Shown: positions 12,731-26,135 of the stretch, one piece after another
Layout of the letters: the number at the start of each line of letters is the position of its first letter
Position numbering within the stretch: the stretch's first letter is position 1
Origin: Octopus sinensis
Taxonomy: Eukaryota
Direction: 5' to 3'
Assembly (NCBI RefSeq): GCF_006345805.1
Contig: NW_021835185.1
Coordinates: 1-42,644 of the forward strand
Length of the DNA: 42,644 nt
Position numbers and translations under genes: made by a program
The notes under the pieces: generated by a model
What the model was told of the DNA's origin: nothing
Seen by the model: only the letters and a program-made list of their open reading frames with translations
The model's database searches: none

Positions 12731-13996
12731 CTGTGAATAAAAAAATAACAAAAGACAATAAACTTTAGTAATACAGAATTGTCTGAGCATAAAACTGATC
12801 GTGAAATAGTATTTCATGGGTTGTCTAGAGCTTCAAATACAAAAGAAAACAATTTATCAAGATTTAACCGTTTAGCATTCAGATTACTTCCGTGCCGGTG
12901 GCACATAAAAAGTACCATCCGATCGTGGCCGTTGCCAGCCTTGCCTGGCCTCCGTGCCGGTGGCACGTAAAAAGCACCATCCGACCATGGCCGTTTGCCA
13001 GACTTATCTGGCACCTGTGCAGGTGGCACGTAAAAAGCACCATCCAATCGTGGCCGTTGCCAGCCTCGCCTGGCCTCCGTGCCAGCGGCACGTAAAAAGC
13101 ACCATCCGACCGTGGCCGTTTGCCAGACTTGTCTGGCACCTGTGCAGGTGGCACGTAAAAAGCACCCACTACACTCATGGAGTGGTTGGCGTTAGGAAGG
13201 GCATCCAGCCGTAGAAACATTGCCAGATCAGGCTGGGCCTAGTGCAGCCTTCTGGCTTCCCAGACCCCAGTTGCACCGTCCAACCCATGCCAGCATGGAA
13301 AGCAGACGCTAAACGATGATGATGATGATGATGATGATGATTACTCTCTCAAATGTAATCCTTATTTATTCACATTGATTTGAATTAATCCTGCATTATC
13401 TCGTAGCTCTCAGACTTCAAAAATGTAATTGTTTACTTTTAGAATGACATTGTTGGGTAGGTGTGAGAAGCCAGATCTTGCCAGTTTGAACATAAAATGG
13501 GTAGGAAATTGTGGGACGGATGATAAAGGGACTTTTTTTTCATTTATTTCTTTATCTGTTTAATAGCTTAGTTGCATCATGTCCGTATCATTACATTGTT
13601 TCAATATAAATCCAGGAAACCTTAAAGACTTTTAAGTGTTTTTGCATTCAAAATTTTGTGAAATTTAGGTATTTAGGATTTTTTTGAGCGAGGTCGTTGC
13701 CAGTGCTGCTGGACTGACTCCTGTGCAGGTGGCACGTAAAAATCACCACTTGAGCATGGCCATTGCCAGTACTGCCTCACTGGTCCTCATGCCAGTGGCA
13801 CGTAAAAGCACCCACTACACACTGCGAGTGGTTGGCGTTTAGGAAGGGCATCCAGCTGTAAAAACTCTGCCAGATCAGATTGGAATCTGGTGCAGCCATT
13901 TGGTTCGCCAGTCCCCAGTCAAAATCGTCCAACCCATGCTAGCATGGAAAGCGGATGTTAAATGACGATGATGATGACGATGATGATGATGATGAC

Positions 13997-14029
<33 letters not shown>

Positions 14030-16894
14030 ATGGCCAGTTTAAATCCTAAGGGATCAACATACAGCATAATTCAAATAGTTCTGCCAACACAGAAGGAAAC
14101 AAGTATTCATGGCAAGTCATCTGTTACCTTTGCAGAATTGACCTTATTCTGCAGGAAAAACACCTCAATCAGCCGGCTTGGTCAATCATATTTCCACCCC
14201 TTTCATGTCTTGGTTAACCACATTTAGACCTCTTTCATACTTTGGTCTATCACATTTAGACATATAGCATACCTTGGTCTATCATATTCAGACCCTTTTC
14301 ATGTCTTGGTTAACCACATTTAGACCTCTTTCATACTTTGGTCTATCACATTTAGACATATAGCATACCTTGGTCTATCATATTCAGACCCTTTTCATGT
14401 CTTCGTCTGTCACATTCAGCCCTCCTCCATATCTTGATCTATCACATTTAAACTTCTTTTACACCCTGGTCTGTCTCGTTTACGTCTCTCCCATGACTTG
14501 GTCTGTCAGATTTGCGACTCAACTATTTACCCCTGTAGCAGTTGAAATTGGGACACACATCTTTGTCTTTCCTTGAAAAGTCTGGTGCTCATTACTCAAA
14601 ACCAGACAGAATAGAATGAAGAGTGTCGAGTTGTAGAAACCATTCCAGAGCAGACAATGATGCCTGGTGCGGGCCCTGGCCTTACCAGCTCTGGTCAAAC
14701 TGTCCCACCCAAGCCAGCATGGAAAATGGACATTAATCGATGATGATGATGAGGAGGAGGATGATAAAATGCTTTCCATATGATTGATCATTGTATCGGC
14801 CAGACTATGGGATGTTGCTATCTATTGCTGACTACAATGTGCTTCCTCGCATTGTTGCAGCTATCAAATGATGCCGCCCCCAACTGGGTAGGTGGGCAAA
14901 CCAATGTTGCCCCTGAATGGATCGCCAGTCTGTCAGAGGGTCACCCATTTACAGCAGAGTGGACTGGGACAACATGAACACAATGCAACACCTATTTCTT
15001 CACTACCCACAAGGGGCTAAACACGGAGAAGACAAACAAGGACAGACAAACGGATTAAGTCGATTATATCGACCCCAGTGCGTAACTGGTACTTATTTAA
15101 TCGACCCTGAAAGGATGAAAGGCAAAGTCGACCTCGGCGGAATTTGAACTCAGAACGCAGCAGCAGACGAAACACTGCTAAGCATTTCGCCTGGCGTGCT
15201 CACGATTCTGCCAGCTCGCTGCCTGTCTGGGAATTGAAACCATGACCTTGCAATCTTGAGGGCAGCACCCTAACATTATCATTAAAAGGCGGCAAGTTGG
15301 CAGAAATGTTAGCACGCTGGGCAAAATGCTTAGCGGTATTTCATCTGCTGTTACGTTCTGAGTTCAAATTCCGCCGAGGCCAACTTTGCCTTTTATCCTT
15401 TCAGGGTCGATAAATTAAGTACCAGTTACACACTGGGGTCGATGTAATCGACTTAATCCCTTTGTCTGTCCTTGTTTGTCCCCTCTGTGTTTAGCCCCTT
15501 GTGGGTAGTAAAGAAATAGGTATTTCGTCTGCTGTTACGTTCTGAGTTCAAATTCCGCCAAGGTCAACTTTGCCTTTCATCCTTTCGGGGTCAATAAATT
15601 AAGTACCAGTTATGCACTGGGGTTGATGTTATCAACTTAAACCCTTTGTCTGCCCTTGTTTGTCCCCTCTGTGTTTAGCCCCTTGTGGGTAGTAAAGAAA
15701 TAGGTTCCGCCAAGGTCAACTTTGCCTTTTATCCTTTCAGGGTCGATAAATTAAGTACCAGTTACACACTGGGGTCGATGTAATCGACTTAATCCCTTTG
15801 TCTGTCCTTGTTTGTCCCCTCTATGTTTAGCCCATTGTGGGCAATAAAGAAATGAAGAAATAATTATGATTAATAAGGAAAGGAAATTAAACTTAAATCG
15901 CATACCTGGAGACACCAGATCCTGGAGCGTCTTCTGAATATTTCTGCAAATACACAAAGACAGAGAAAAATAACATCTCACACCAATAACAAAACAATTT
16001 ACCAAAAATTTCCAAAACTTCGAAACAAAGAACAAAGCGTTATACTTAATCTTAGGATTTGGTATTGCTGGAGTCTTTGAATGTTGTTTGGGTGGGGCAG
16101 CAGCATCTACAAATAGAAAGTGGGAGACAGCAAACGTTTTGATAATGATGATGATGATGATGATGGGTAATAATGATGAAGATGATGGTGATGATGATGG
16201 TGATGATGGTGATGATGAAGATGAAGATGATGTGACAGCTGAAATGGCAAAAAACAACTCTTACTTTCTAGCATTGAGTTTGGTTTTCATCTTCTTGTCT
16301 GGACCTGTACATACGCACACACCTGTACACACACACACACCCGTACACATGCACACACCCGTACACACACACCCATAAACACCCGTACACACACACACCT
16401 GTACACACAGACACACCGGTACACATGCACACACCCGTACACATGCACACACACCTGTACACACGCACATCCGTACACACGCACACACACACCTGTACAC
16501 ACACACACCCTACACCCACACCTGTACACACACACACCTGTACACACACACACCCGTACACATGCACGCACACACCCATACACACGCACACACCCGTACA
16601 CACGCACACACCTGTACACACACCTGTACACACACACCCGTGCACACGCACACACCTGTACACACACACACACCATCATCATCATCATTAGACATCTGTT
16701 TTCCATACTGGCATGAATTAGACAATTTGACTGGGATTGGTAACCAGAGAGCAGCACCAGGTTCCACTCCGATTTTGGCATGGTTTCTATGGCTAGATGC
16801 CCTTCCTCACGCCAACCACTCTGAGAGTGCAATGGGTGCCTTTTACATGCCAGACACAGACACACATACACATATACTCATGCATATAAAGGCC

Positions 16895-16929
<35 letters not shown>

Positions 16930-19900
16930 ATAGCCAGTTGTTAGTGAGTGAATACAGGTGTACATATGTAAACACAGGTGAATGCAGGTAAATTGCAAAA
17001 GCATATATTTGATTACAAATAAACATGAATACAGATAATTAAGAGATAGATACCTGGATGAATGAATGTATTTTCTTCAAAATTTTGTATATTTTTAAAA
17101 TATTCTTCTCTACCCTGAAAAAAAGAAATGAAGAAATTCTAAATTGTTTAAATGTGTTGACACGGGGACACACACACACACACACACACAGATATAGGTA
17201 GCCTTGTGAGTGGATTTGGTAGATGGAAACTAAAAGAAGCTCCATGTGATGAATTGTAGTGAAAAATATATAAAAACGCAAAATGTACAAAAATTTTATG
17301 TTGGACAAAATACATATATATATATATATATATTTATATTATTTTGAGGGTACTACTATTCATAGACACCGCACGCTAAGAGGGACCAATGCGGTCAAAA
17401 CTACTAAAATAAACAAAATTTTACCGAATGCAAAACTTCAAAGCAAGTCATTTAAAAAAAGAATTTAGTTACATATCACCTGTGATTTCGCAATTAATGC
17501 AGAATATGCATTCTATGTTCATCAGTGCAACAAACTCAAGACATATAAGAAAAAACATAACGTTACAAACCCGATAGCCAACCGTAGAATTCGTCGTAGC
17601 ATTGTACGAATGTTTATCTTTACATATCTATGAAAATGGCGGGCTTATTCGCAATGCATTTCGGTAACAAATTGCTTACTCGGAACAAAAATTCAGTATT
17701 GAACTATTCCGGTTAAAATATAAATTTACAATTGAGGATAAAATCTTTATAAGAAATTATCAGTAGTTAGCATGAAAAACCTTGTAAGAGGAAAAAATCC
17801 GTAAATTTTTCCACTTTGAAAATATTTATTTATATTATATTGAGGGTACTACTATTCATATATAAAATAAAATACAAAATGGGACAAGAACGCAAAACAT
17901 CCGGACAATTATGTGATACAAGAGGGGACAACAAAACATCCAGGTAGACGATACAAAAAAACAAGGCCAAGTAATTTGAAGCCTTTTATCTTCAGTCAAG
18001 AACCAGATCATCCTCGCAATTTTGGCTGACCAATCTTGAGATTGCTCCAATCTGGCCAGCCCCAAGGAAAAACTAAGCTATGAGCATTAGATTCCTTGGA
18101 GAAAAGCATCGAATGTATACGAAACAAGGACAGAAAAACAGACGATGTTACACGAATATAAATACAAAAATAATACAAATAAAACAATAATAATAATAAT
18201 AACAGGACATAACAACAGGCATCTTTTGACTATATATATATACACATACATATATATTCTTTTATTCTTTAACTTGTTTCAGTCATTTGGCTGCAGTCAT
18301 GCTGGAACACTGCTTTGAAGGGTTTTAGTTGAACAAATCAGCCCCAGAACTTATTTTTGTAAGCTTAGTACTTATTCCATCAGTCTCTTTTGCTGAACCA
18401 CTAAGTTACAGAGACAAACACACCAACACCAGTTGTCAAGCAGTGATGGGGGACAAACACACACATACAGATACAGATATATATACATATATGACAGGCT
18501 TCTTTCAGTTTCTATCTACCAAATCCACTCACAAGGCTTTGGTTGGCCCAAGGTCATAGTAAAAGACACAGTCGACTGGTTTCTCTTGTGCTAACCATGA
18601 CTAAGAAGTTAGTGATAATGTTACTATTTCAGGCTATCATCAGAAGTTTTCATTCCATGTTAGTAGGAGGAAGAGTATACTGTTCCTGTGTCTTGACATG
18701 GCATGATATTTACAGACAAGTGTCACAGCTACACAAGTGATGTCCTTCATTTCCAATCATCTGTAGAAGCATATCTGATGATGGTAAAATGTTACCTTGC
18801 TTGGAAATAGGTGAGGGTTAATGACAGGAAGGGCATCTGGCTGTAGAAAATCCACCTCGACAAATTCTGGCAAGGTTTCTACAGCTGGATGCCCTTCCTA
18901 ATGCCAACCACTCCGAGAATGCAGTAGGTGCTTTTACGTGCCACTGGCACAGGAGCAAGTCAGGTGGGCCTGGCATTGATCATGTTCGGATAATGCTTTT
19001 TACGTGCCACTGGCACAGGGGCCAGTCAGGGTCCACTGACAGCGGCTACGTTTGGTTGGTGCTTTTTATGTGCCACTGGCACGAGAGCCAGTCAGTGGGT
19101 AGTGGCATCATGAGAAGAAATGAAAATATTTGAAGTCATTTACCTTTTTCCAGATGTTTCGAAGTTTTTCTTTGTAATGTCTGTCGTCCTCGTCTTTTAG
19201 ATACAACGAAGGTGACAAGGTGTCTTTATGCAACAGTTTTGATGCTATGGTTTGAGTAATTCTGGAGAAAGCCTGAAATAAGCAGACACAAGTTCAACTG
19301 AAGTAATTAGAAGGAATGGAATTAATTTATTTCTTTACTACCCACAAGGGGCTAAACATAGACGGGACAAACAAGGACAGACAAAGGGATTAAGTCGATT
19401 ATTTCGACCCCCAGTGCGTAACTGGTACTTAATTTATCGACCCCGAGAGGATGAAATGCAAAGTCGACCTCGGTGGAATTTGAACTCGGAATGTAAAGAC
19501 AGACGAAATACCTATTTCTTTGCTACCCACAAGGGGCTAAACATAGACGGGACAAACAAGGACAGACAAAGGGATTAAGTCGATTATATCGACCCCAGTG
19601 CGTAACTGGTACTTAATTTATCGACCCCGAGAGGATGAAATGCAAAGTCGACCTCGGCGGAATTTGAACTCGGAACGTAACGACAGACGAAATACGGCTA
19701 CGCATTTCGCCCGACGTGCTAACGTTTCTGCCAAGGGATATTCAAACCAAAAATAGAAGGACGGGCTGGAGGATACACGTAGAGGAGAACAGTGACTTTG
19801 GAAAGAAAGAAAAAGAAAAACAATGATGTTAAAAAATGTGTTCCAATACTATACTTGTCTAACCCATGCTAGCCTGGAAAAACAGAATTAAAAACAACCT

Positions 19901-21023
19901 TTGTTGTCTTACGAAAGAAACAAAGCATTGGCAATGTAGTCCAATGAAAAAGCTGGAATGGTCATGGATGGATCGTCTTGATCAAGGCTGACCCAGGGCT
20001 AAATAACTACTATGGTTATCGTTTATATCACCAACGTGGATAAAACTCTAAAAGTGACACCTTTGTTGTCACATATAAAACTTTCATATTCTTAAGGTCG
20101 CTGCGTTTAGCATACAAAAGGCGTTCTAGCCATGACCACCTCCTGCTTTCTTTCACACTTAATGCATTTAGAACTACATTATCTATGTGTCATCATCATC
20201 ATCATCGTTAGCGTCCGCTTTCCACGCTAAACGATGATGATGATGATGACACATTAGATAAGTAGTCCTAAATGCATTAAGTGTGAAAGAAAGCAGGAGG
20301 TGTCATGGCTAGAACGCCTTTTGTATGCTAAACGCAGCGACCTTAAGAATATGAAAATTTTATATGTGACATTTTATATGTGTCCTTGTTTTTTATTTTT
20401 TAAGGCAGTTGGCTGTGACTTTGCAGGTGATTTGACTGCTGTTTTTATAAGTTGTGTCTCCCTGCTGGACGTTCATATTCATGTAGTGTGTCATGGTTGT
20501 TACTTCAAAAAAAAAAACACACTCTCCGAGTGAAGCACAAAGGAAATGAAATAGCACCACTAGGTATCGAACGCACACAGCAACAGATTCGGTCGGACGG
20601 TGTTCCTCTCATAAACAACTCCAGTAATTTAACGGTGTGTGTAAGGGGCAATAACTCTCACTGTAACTACAAAAGTTAACTTTTCTGTTCACATATAACG
20701 AGTATTTTTTAAGGTTTTGGGTGGGTTTTCCTTCTTAATCTTCAAAGCTCGATCTATATCACAGAGCTATGAATATTTTGAGGGAATAACATAAGGAATC
20801 TAATCATAGAACGATCTTCCATAGAATGAACGGCGAAGATAATCACGACAGAATTTCAATTAGGAAATTGGGTAGGCTTAACTACACACACCTGGCTGCA
20901 TGTTAAAGAAGCTTGCTTTGCAACAACAAGGTCTCAAGTTCAGTTCCACTGCACGGCACATCGGGCAATATCTTCTACAATACCTGTGAGTGAATTTTCA
21001 AGACGGCAATTATGTTGAAGCTT

Positions 21024-21070
<47 letters not shown>

Positions 21071-21664
21071 GTAAAGGGTGAAATATAATTAATTAATAAA
21101 ATCAACAAATTTCACCAAGTAGTGTTTCGGTATGGAAAAGGACCATATTCGGTAAAATTATATCTAATTATAACAATGAGGGTCTTTGCAACAGGTTGCT
21201 AGACCACATACCGAAAGTATTAGAAATAGCAGCCAGAAGACTGTTATTTCTTTTACTACAAAAATATGTCCCATATATATATATATATATATCACCACGT
21301 ATATATATATTAACAATTGTTTTTAAGTTCAATTATAATAAAAACAATTTTGCATTAATCCGATGGGTTACTCGATATTTTTTTAGAGTTCAAGTCTGTT
21401 ATTCTTAAACAAGAATGTTGTTGACAGGGACTTCGAAGTTTCTGCCAGCTAAGCCAAAGTCAGACAGCCATGTATGTATATATATATATATATATATATC
21501 AGAAGTAACAGAGTGACTCAAATGGCCAGGAGATTCATGAGTTGGCACACACGAAACCCTTGGACCTTGAGTCACTCTGTTGCTTCTGCTAAATATAAAT
21601 AAAAATTATACATATACTTATATTTTAAGTCCTATCTTTCCTGTTGCATCAACATACCTGTATG

Positions 21665-21695
<31 letters not shown>

Positions 21696-21758
21696 TATAT
21701 ATATAATACAACCTATATCTATATAATATATATATATATATATATATACACCTATATC

Positions 21759-21811
<53 letters not shown>

Positions 21812-21832
21812 GATATATATATATACACCATA

Positions 21833-21875
<43 letters not shown>

Positions 21876-21881
21876 TATATC

Positions 21882-21914
<33 letters not shown>

Positions 21915-24900
21915 TATACATATATCTATACACATTTCTCTATTGAGAAAACCCACCATCTCGGCAGCATTGATATCCTAATACCAGGGGCCATGTAAAA
22001 GTATTGATGTTGGTGCAGGTGCTATGTAAAAAGCACCCAGTACACCCTATAAAATGGTTGGCATTAGGAAGGACCAAAACAGACCATGGAACTTGGTGTG
22101 GCCCTAGGCCCTGCCGGTTCTTGTCAAGCTGTCCAACACATGCCAGCATAGAAAAATCGATGTTTAATGATGATGGTCGTCATTGGACTGTGGTTGTGAT
22201 GTGGCATTGTCTTGAAGGGTTGAAGAACTTGGCCCTGGTGCTTTTATTTTTTTTAAAGCCTGGTACTTATTCTATCAGTGCCTTTTGCTAATAGAGAATA
22301 TAAGAAAGAGGTGTAGGAATGGCTGTGTGGTAAGTAGCTTGCTTACAAACCACATGGTTCCGGGTTCAGTCCTACTGCATGGCACCTTGGGCAAGTGTTG
22401 GGACTCACAGAAAGGATGACGGGGGATCGATGCTGATGTGTTTACATCCCCGTAACTTAACAGTTCGGCAAAAGATACCAATAGAATAAGTACTAGCCTT
22501 ACAAAGAATAAGTCCTGGGGTCGATTCGCCCGACTAAAGGTGGTGCTCCAGCATGGCTGCAGTCAAATGACTGAAACAATTAAGAGAGTAAAAGAGAGAG
22601 AGAGTATCCATAGCAACATACCTGATTTCCTTTTGGCTGTCAAAGATACCAGAACTGTCTTGCTTCTCCGTTTCTACAGCTTTGCTGGCAGCCTAAATAC
22701 AGGAAACACACAACAGATACCATTAAAGTCGTCACTTAGAATATGGTTCAGAAAATGTGATGTAAATAGATTTATTTATATTGATACAAAAGACCACAAT
22801 CTATAAAAGGATGGGAGAGTTGTGAGCTGGTAGAATTATTAGCTTCAAATTTTTGTACGAGACCAGCAATGTGGGGGGGGGGGGCGAAGTGGTGAGAAAG
22901 GATTTACAAAAGTTGGGACTCACAGAAGGGACGACAGGGGACCAAGACTCCTTGTGGTTTGCTGTGCTTGAAAAGACATGACAAGCTAAGTAAAAAACAT
23001 GGTTGCCCTTGCATACAGGTTTGTCCCCTGCAGCCCTCTCCAGGTGAGCATCCCTAATCTTGTGGGCTCGTAAACACTGGTGCCACATAAAAAGCACTTG
23101 TGCCAGTGCTGTGCAAAAATACCCAGAAGCAATTAATGATGCAGTTTCAAATTTAAACGAACTTTCTGTTTTTAAATTCTCATTTCAGAAATTAACAAGG
23201 GAGCAGTTTTAATTAATTACCTGGACTAGGAAAGGTGTGGATACAGTCGAAAGATATTCTTGAGGTAGGTTGAGATCAAGCAGCTGATGTCATCACTGAC
23301 GCTGTTCTGTAATTTCTCTTGGTTGGTATGAGTGGTCTTGAGGACTCCCAAGATTGAGGAATAGGAGACCTTAAAAAATACAGGAGTATTAGGGGATTAA
23401 AACCAAAAAAAAAAAAAGAAAAAAAAAAGACATGTGACAATGAAGTAACAACTCCTATGAATGCAAAGAATATATTTGAAACTCCTGCGAATACAATCAA
23501 TAGAGTAATACTCCTGTGAATGCAGGTTCGAATCTCTGACTGGGCGATGTGTGTGTTTATGAGCGAAACACCTAAGCTACATACAGCTCCGGTAGAAGGT
23601 AATGGCAAAACTTCTGCTGACTGTTTCGCCACAACTTTCTCTCACTCTTTCCTCCTGCATATTGCAGCTCACCTGCAACAGACCGGCGTCCCGTCCAGGT
23701 GGGGAACCTATATGCCAAGGAAACCGGGAAACCGGCTCTAATGAGCCAGGCATGGCTCAAGAAGGAAGGGTTTTCTTCAGTAGAGCAATGCAACACATAT
23801 CTCAGCCCTCTGTCATCTCCTTCATAAGGTTCAGTGAGTACCCTGATACTCACAATCATCAATAAACTTCTTTTACTCTTTTACTTGTTTCAGTCATTTG
23901 ACTGTGGCCATGCTGGAGCACCGCCTTTAGTCGAGCAAATCGACCCCAGGTCTTATTCTTTGTAAGCCTAGTACTTATTCTATCGGTCGATAGATATGTA
24001 AACATAATAAATACACTGATACTCCTGAAAGCACAGTAAATGTGCTACTATTTCCTTGCTATCACCGATACTCCTGTGAACACAATAAATATACCCTATA
24101 CTCCCTTGCTATTACTAATACCTATTATACAACTAGCTGTAGTTGGTTAAAAATGGGGCTTAGTGGCATTTAGTACCAAGACTGAACTTGTGTACACAAC
24201 AATGGCTTCTAAAACAGCAACATATGGATATAGCAATAAAGGTTCCATCCTTGACTAGTCACAGATTGTAGTTACTCACATGATAATTACAATTACTATG
24301 GTTACTGTCATGGAACATTGCTTGACTATGGTTACTAAGATGGTATATTTGACCAGCGGCGAGCTGGCAGAAACATTAGCACACCAGGCGAAATGCTTAG
24401 CGGTATTTCATCTGCCGTTACGTTGTGAGTTCAAATTCCGCCAAGGTCGACTTTGCCTTTCATCCTTTCGGGTTCGATAAATTAAGTACCAGTTACGCAC
24501 TGGGGTCGATATAATCGACTTAATCCGTTTGTCTGTCTTTGTTTGTCCCATCTATGTTTAGCCTCCTGTGGGTAATAAAGAAGTAGGTATATTTGACCGG
24601 CGTTACTATGGTAACTGTGATGGTACATGACTGTCATTGCTATGGTTACTATATTGCTATGGTTACCACTATAGAACATTTGATTGCCGTTACTACAATT
24701 ACTATCATGATACATTTGGCTGTATTACTTCCACAGGACACATGTCTACGTGTACCATGTCCTCAGTAAGACATTAAACTGTATCTGGAAGTGTAGCTCC
24801 AGCTTGGACGTTCAGGGTGGTAATGCATAACAAGGGCCCCAGTTATGGAGCAGATAGCAGACAATGGTTGTGTGGTCATAGAATACAGGAGTCAGAGTAC

Positions 24901-25256
24901 CATCATAGCAACTGTAATAATCTATTTAACAAAACACAGTCCAAAGAAAGTATACAATCAACGCCCCCCCCCCCCATTGAATTTCATCTCTCTTTCCTTT
25001 GCCCCCAACCTATACCTCCATTCAATTATATTTCCCCACCTTTCCATATGAAACCTAGATTTTATAGGTGAGTAGTCAAATGAAAGAAAGTAGCACCTGA
25101 CATATTGGTACGAGTTGAATATATTTTTAACAACAGTTTTCTCCATACATCTGATGAGGTAGACGTGGCTTAGACCCCCCATGAAACTTTGAGTCATGTG
25201 GAGCTAAGCCAAATTGTTATTAAATAGATAAACAAACGTGTACATGTGTGTATATG

Positions 25257-25299
<43 letters not shown>

Positions 25300-26082
25300 C
25301 CTTTTATTCCTTTATATGTTTCAGTCATTTGACTGTGGCCATGCTGGAGCACTGCCTTCAGTTGAACAAATCAACTCCAGGACTTATTCTTTGTAAGCCT
25401 AGTACTTATTCTATCAGTCTTTCTTGCCAAACCATTAAGTTACAGGGATGTAAACACAGACGCACAATCATATATACACATACATATGTATATATATGTG
25501 ACGAGTTTGTTCCATTTTCCATTAAGTTGAGGTCCACCTTAAGCAAGTCCATGCTATTGGCACTTTCTTTATATACACATATAGTCATTTGAATGCGGCC
25601 ATGTTGGAGCACCGCCTTCGAAAAAAAAAAATATATATATATACACACACACATATATTCTGACAGACACACAAGTGTATATGCATGTATGTACATATGT
25701 ATACATATACACACACACACACACATATATGCACACACATATACGTAGGTGCATGCCAGCTTGGAAAGCAAACGTTAAACGATGATGATGATAATATATT
25801 TCATAAATACTTCAAACCCATTATCTGAAGGATAAAGATGGTGAGGCTTCTCTTTCTTACATGATTGAGCAACCTTGAAAAGCCTGATTCCTCTAATCCA
25901 AATTCATAAACTTTACTAATTAACGTGGACAAATTAAATATGAACTGAGAGAAAACGCGAATAGTAACATCCGAGTTGTCGAGTCTAAATTAGATGTTAG
26001 AGTTACTTCCCTTGAATAATATATATACATTTAATGCAACAAAGATTTTTTTCGTTGTTCATGTGTTCCTTCGCACTAAACG

Positions 26083-26135
<53 letters not shown>

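Noticed and set aside
13955-14227. Poly-Asp ORF
   Set aside because: (GAT)n tail of a dispersed repeat.
16261-16930. Cys/Val- and His/Thr-rich ORFs up to 194 aa
   Set aside because: Products of the CA/GT minisatellite; only the 40-nt exon 8 is credible.
19144-19261. TERB1 assignment (SKLLH...YKxxLR resemblance plus C-terminal Myb)
   Set aside because: No ARM-repeat exons; the Myb has the telobox LKDKWR; the upstream exons match TRFH in sequence and length.
21618-21657. Candidate 40-nt TRF exon between exons 5 and 6
   Set aside because: Ends in TAA in the required frame, has a microsatellite-derived acceptor, and is not needed for phase.
24728-24911. Candidate minus-strand exon in TRF intron 3
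   Set aside because: Stops in all three frames.
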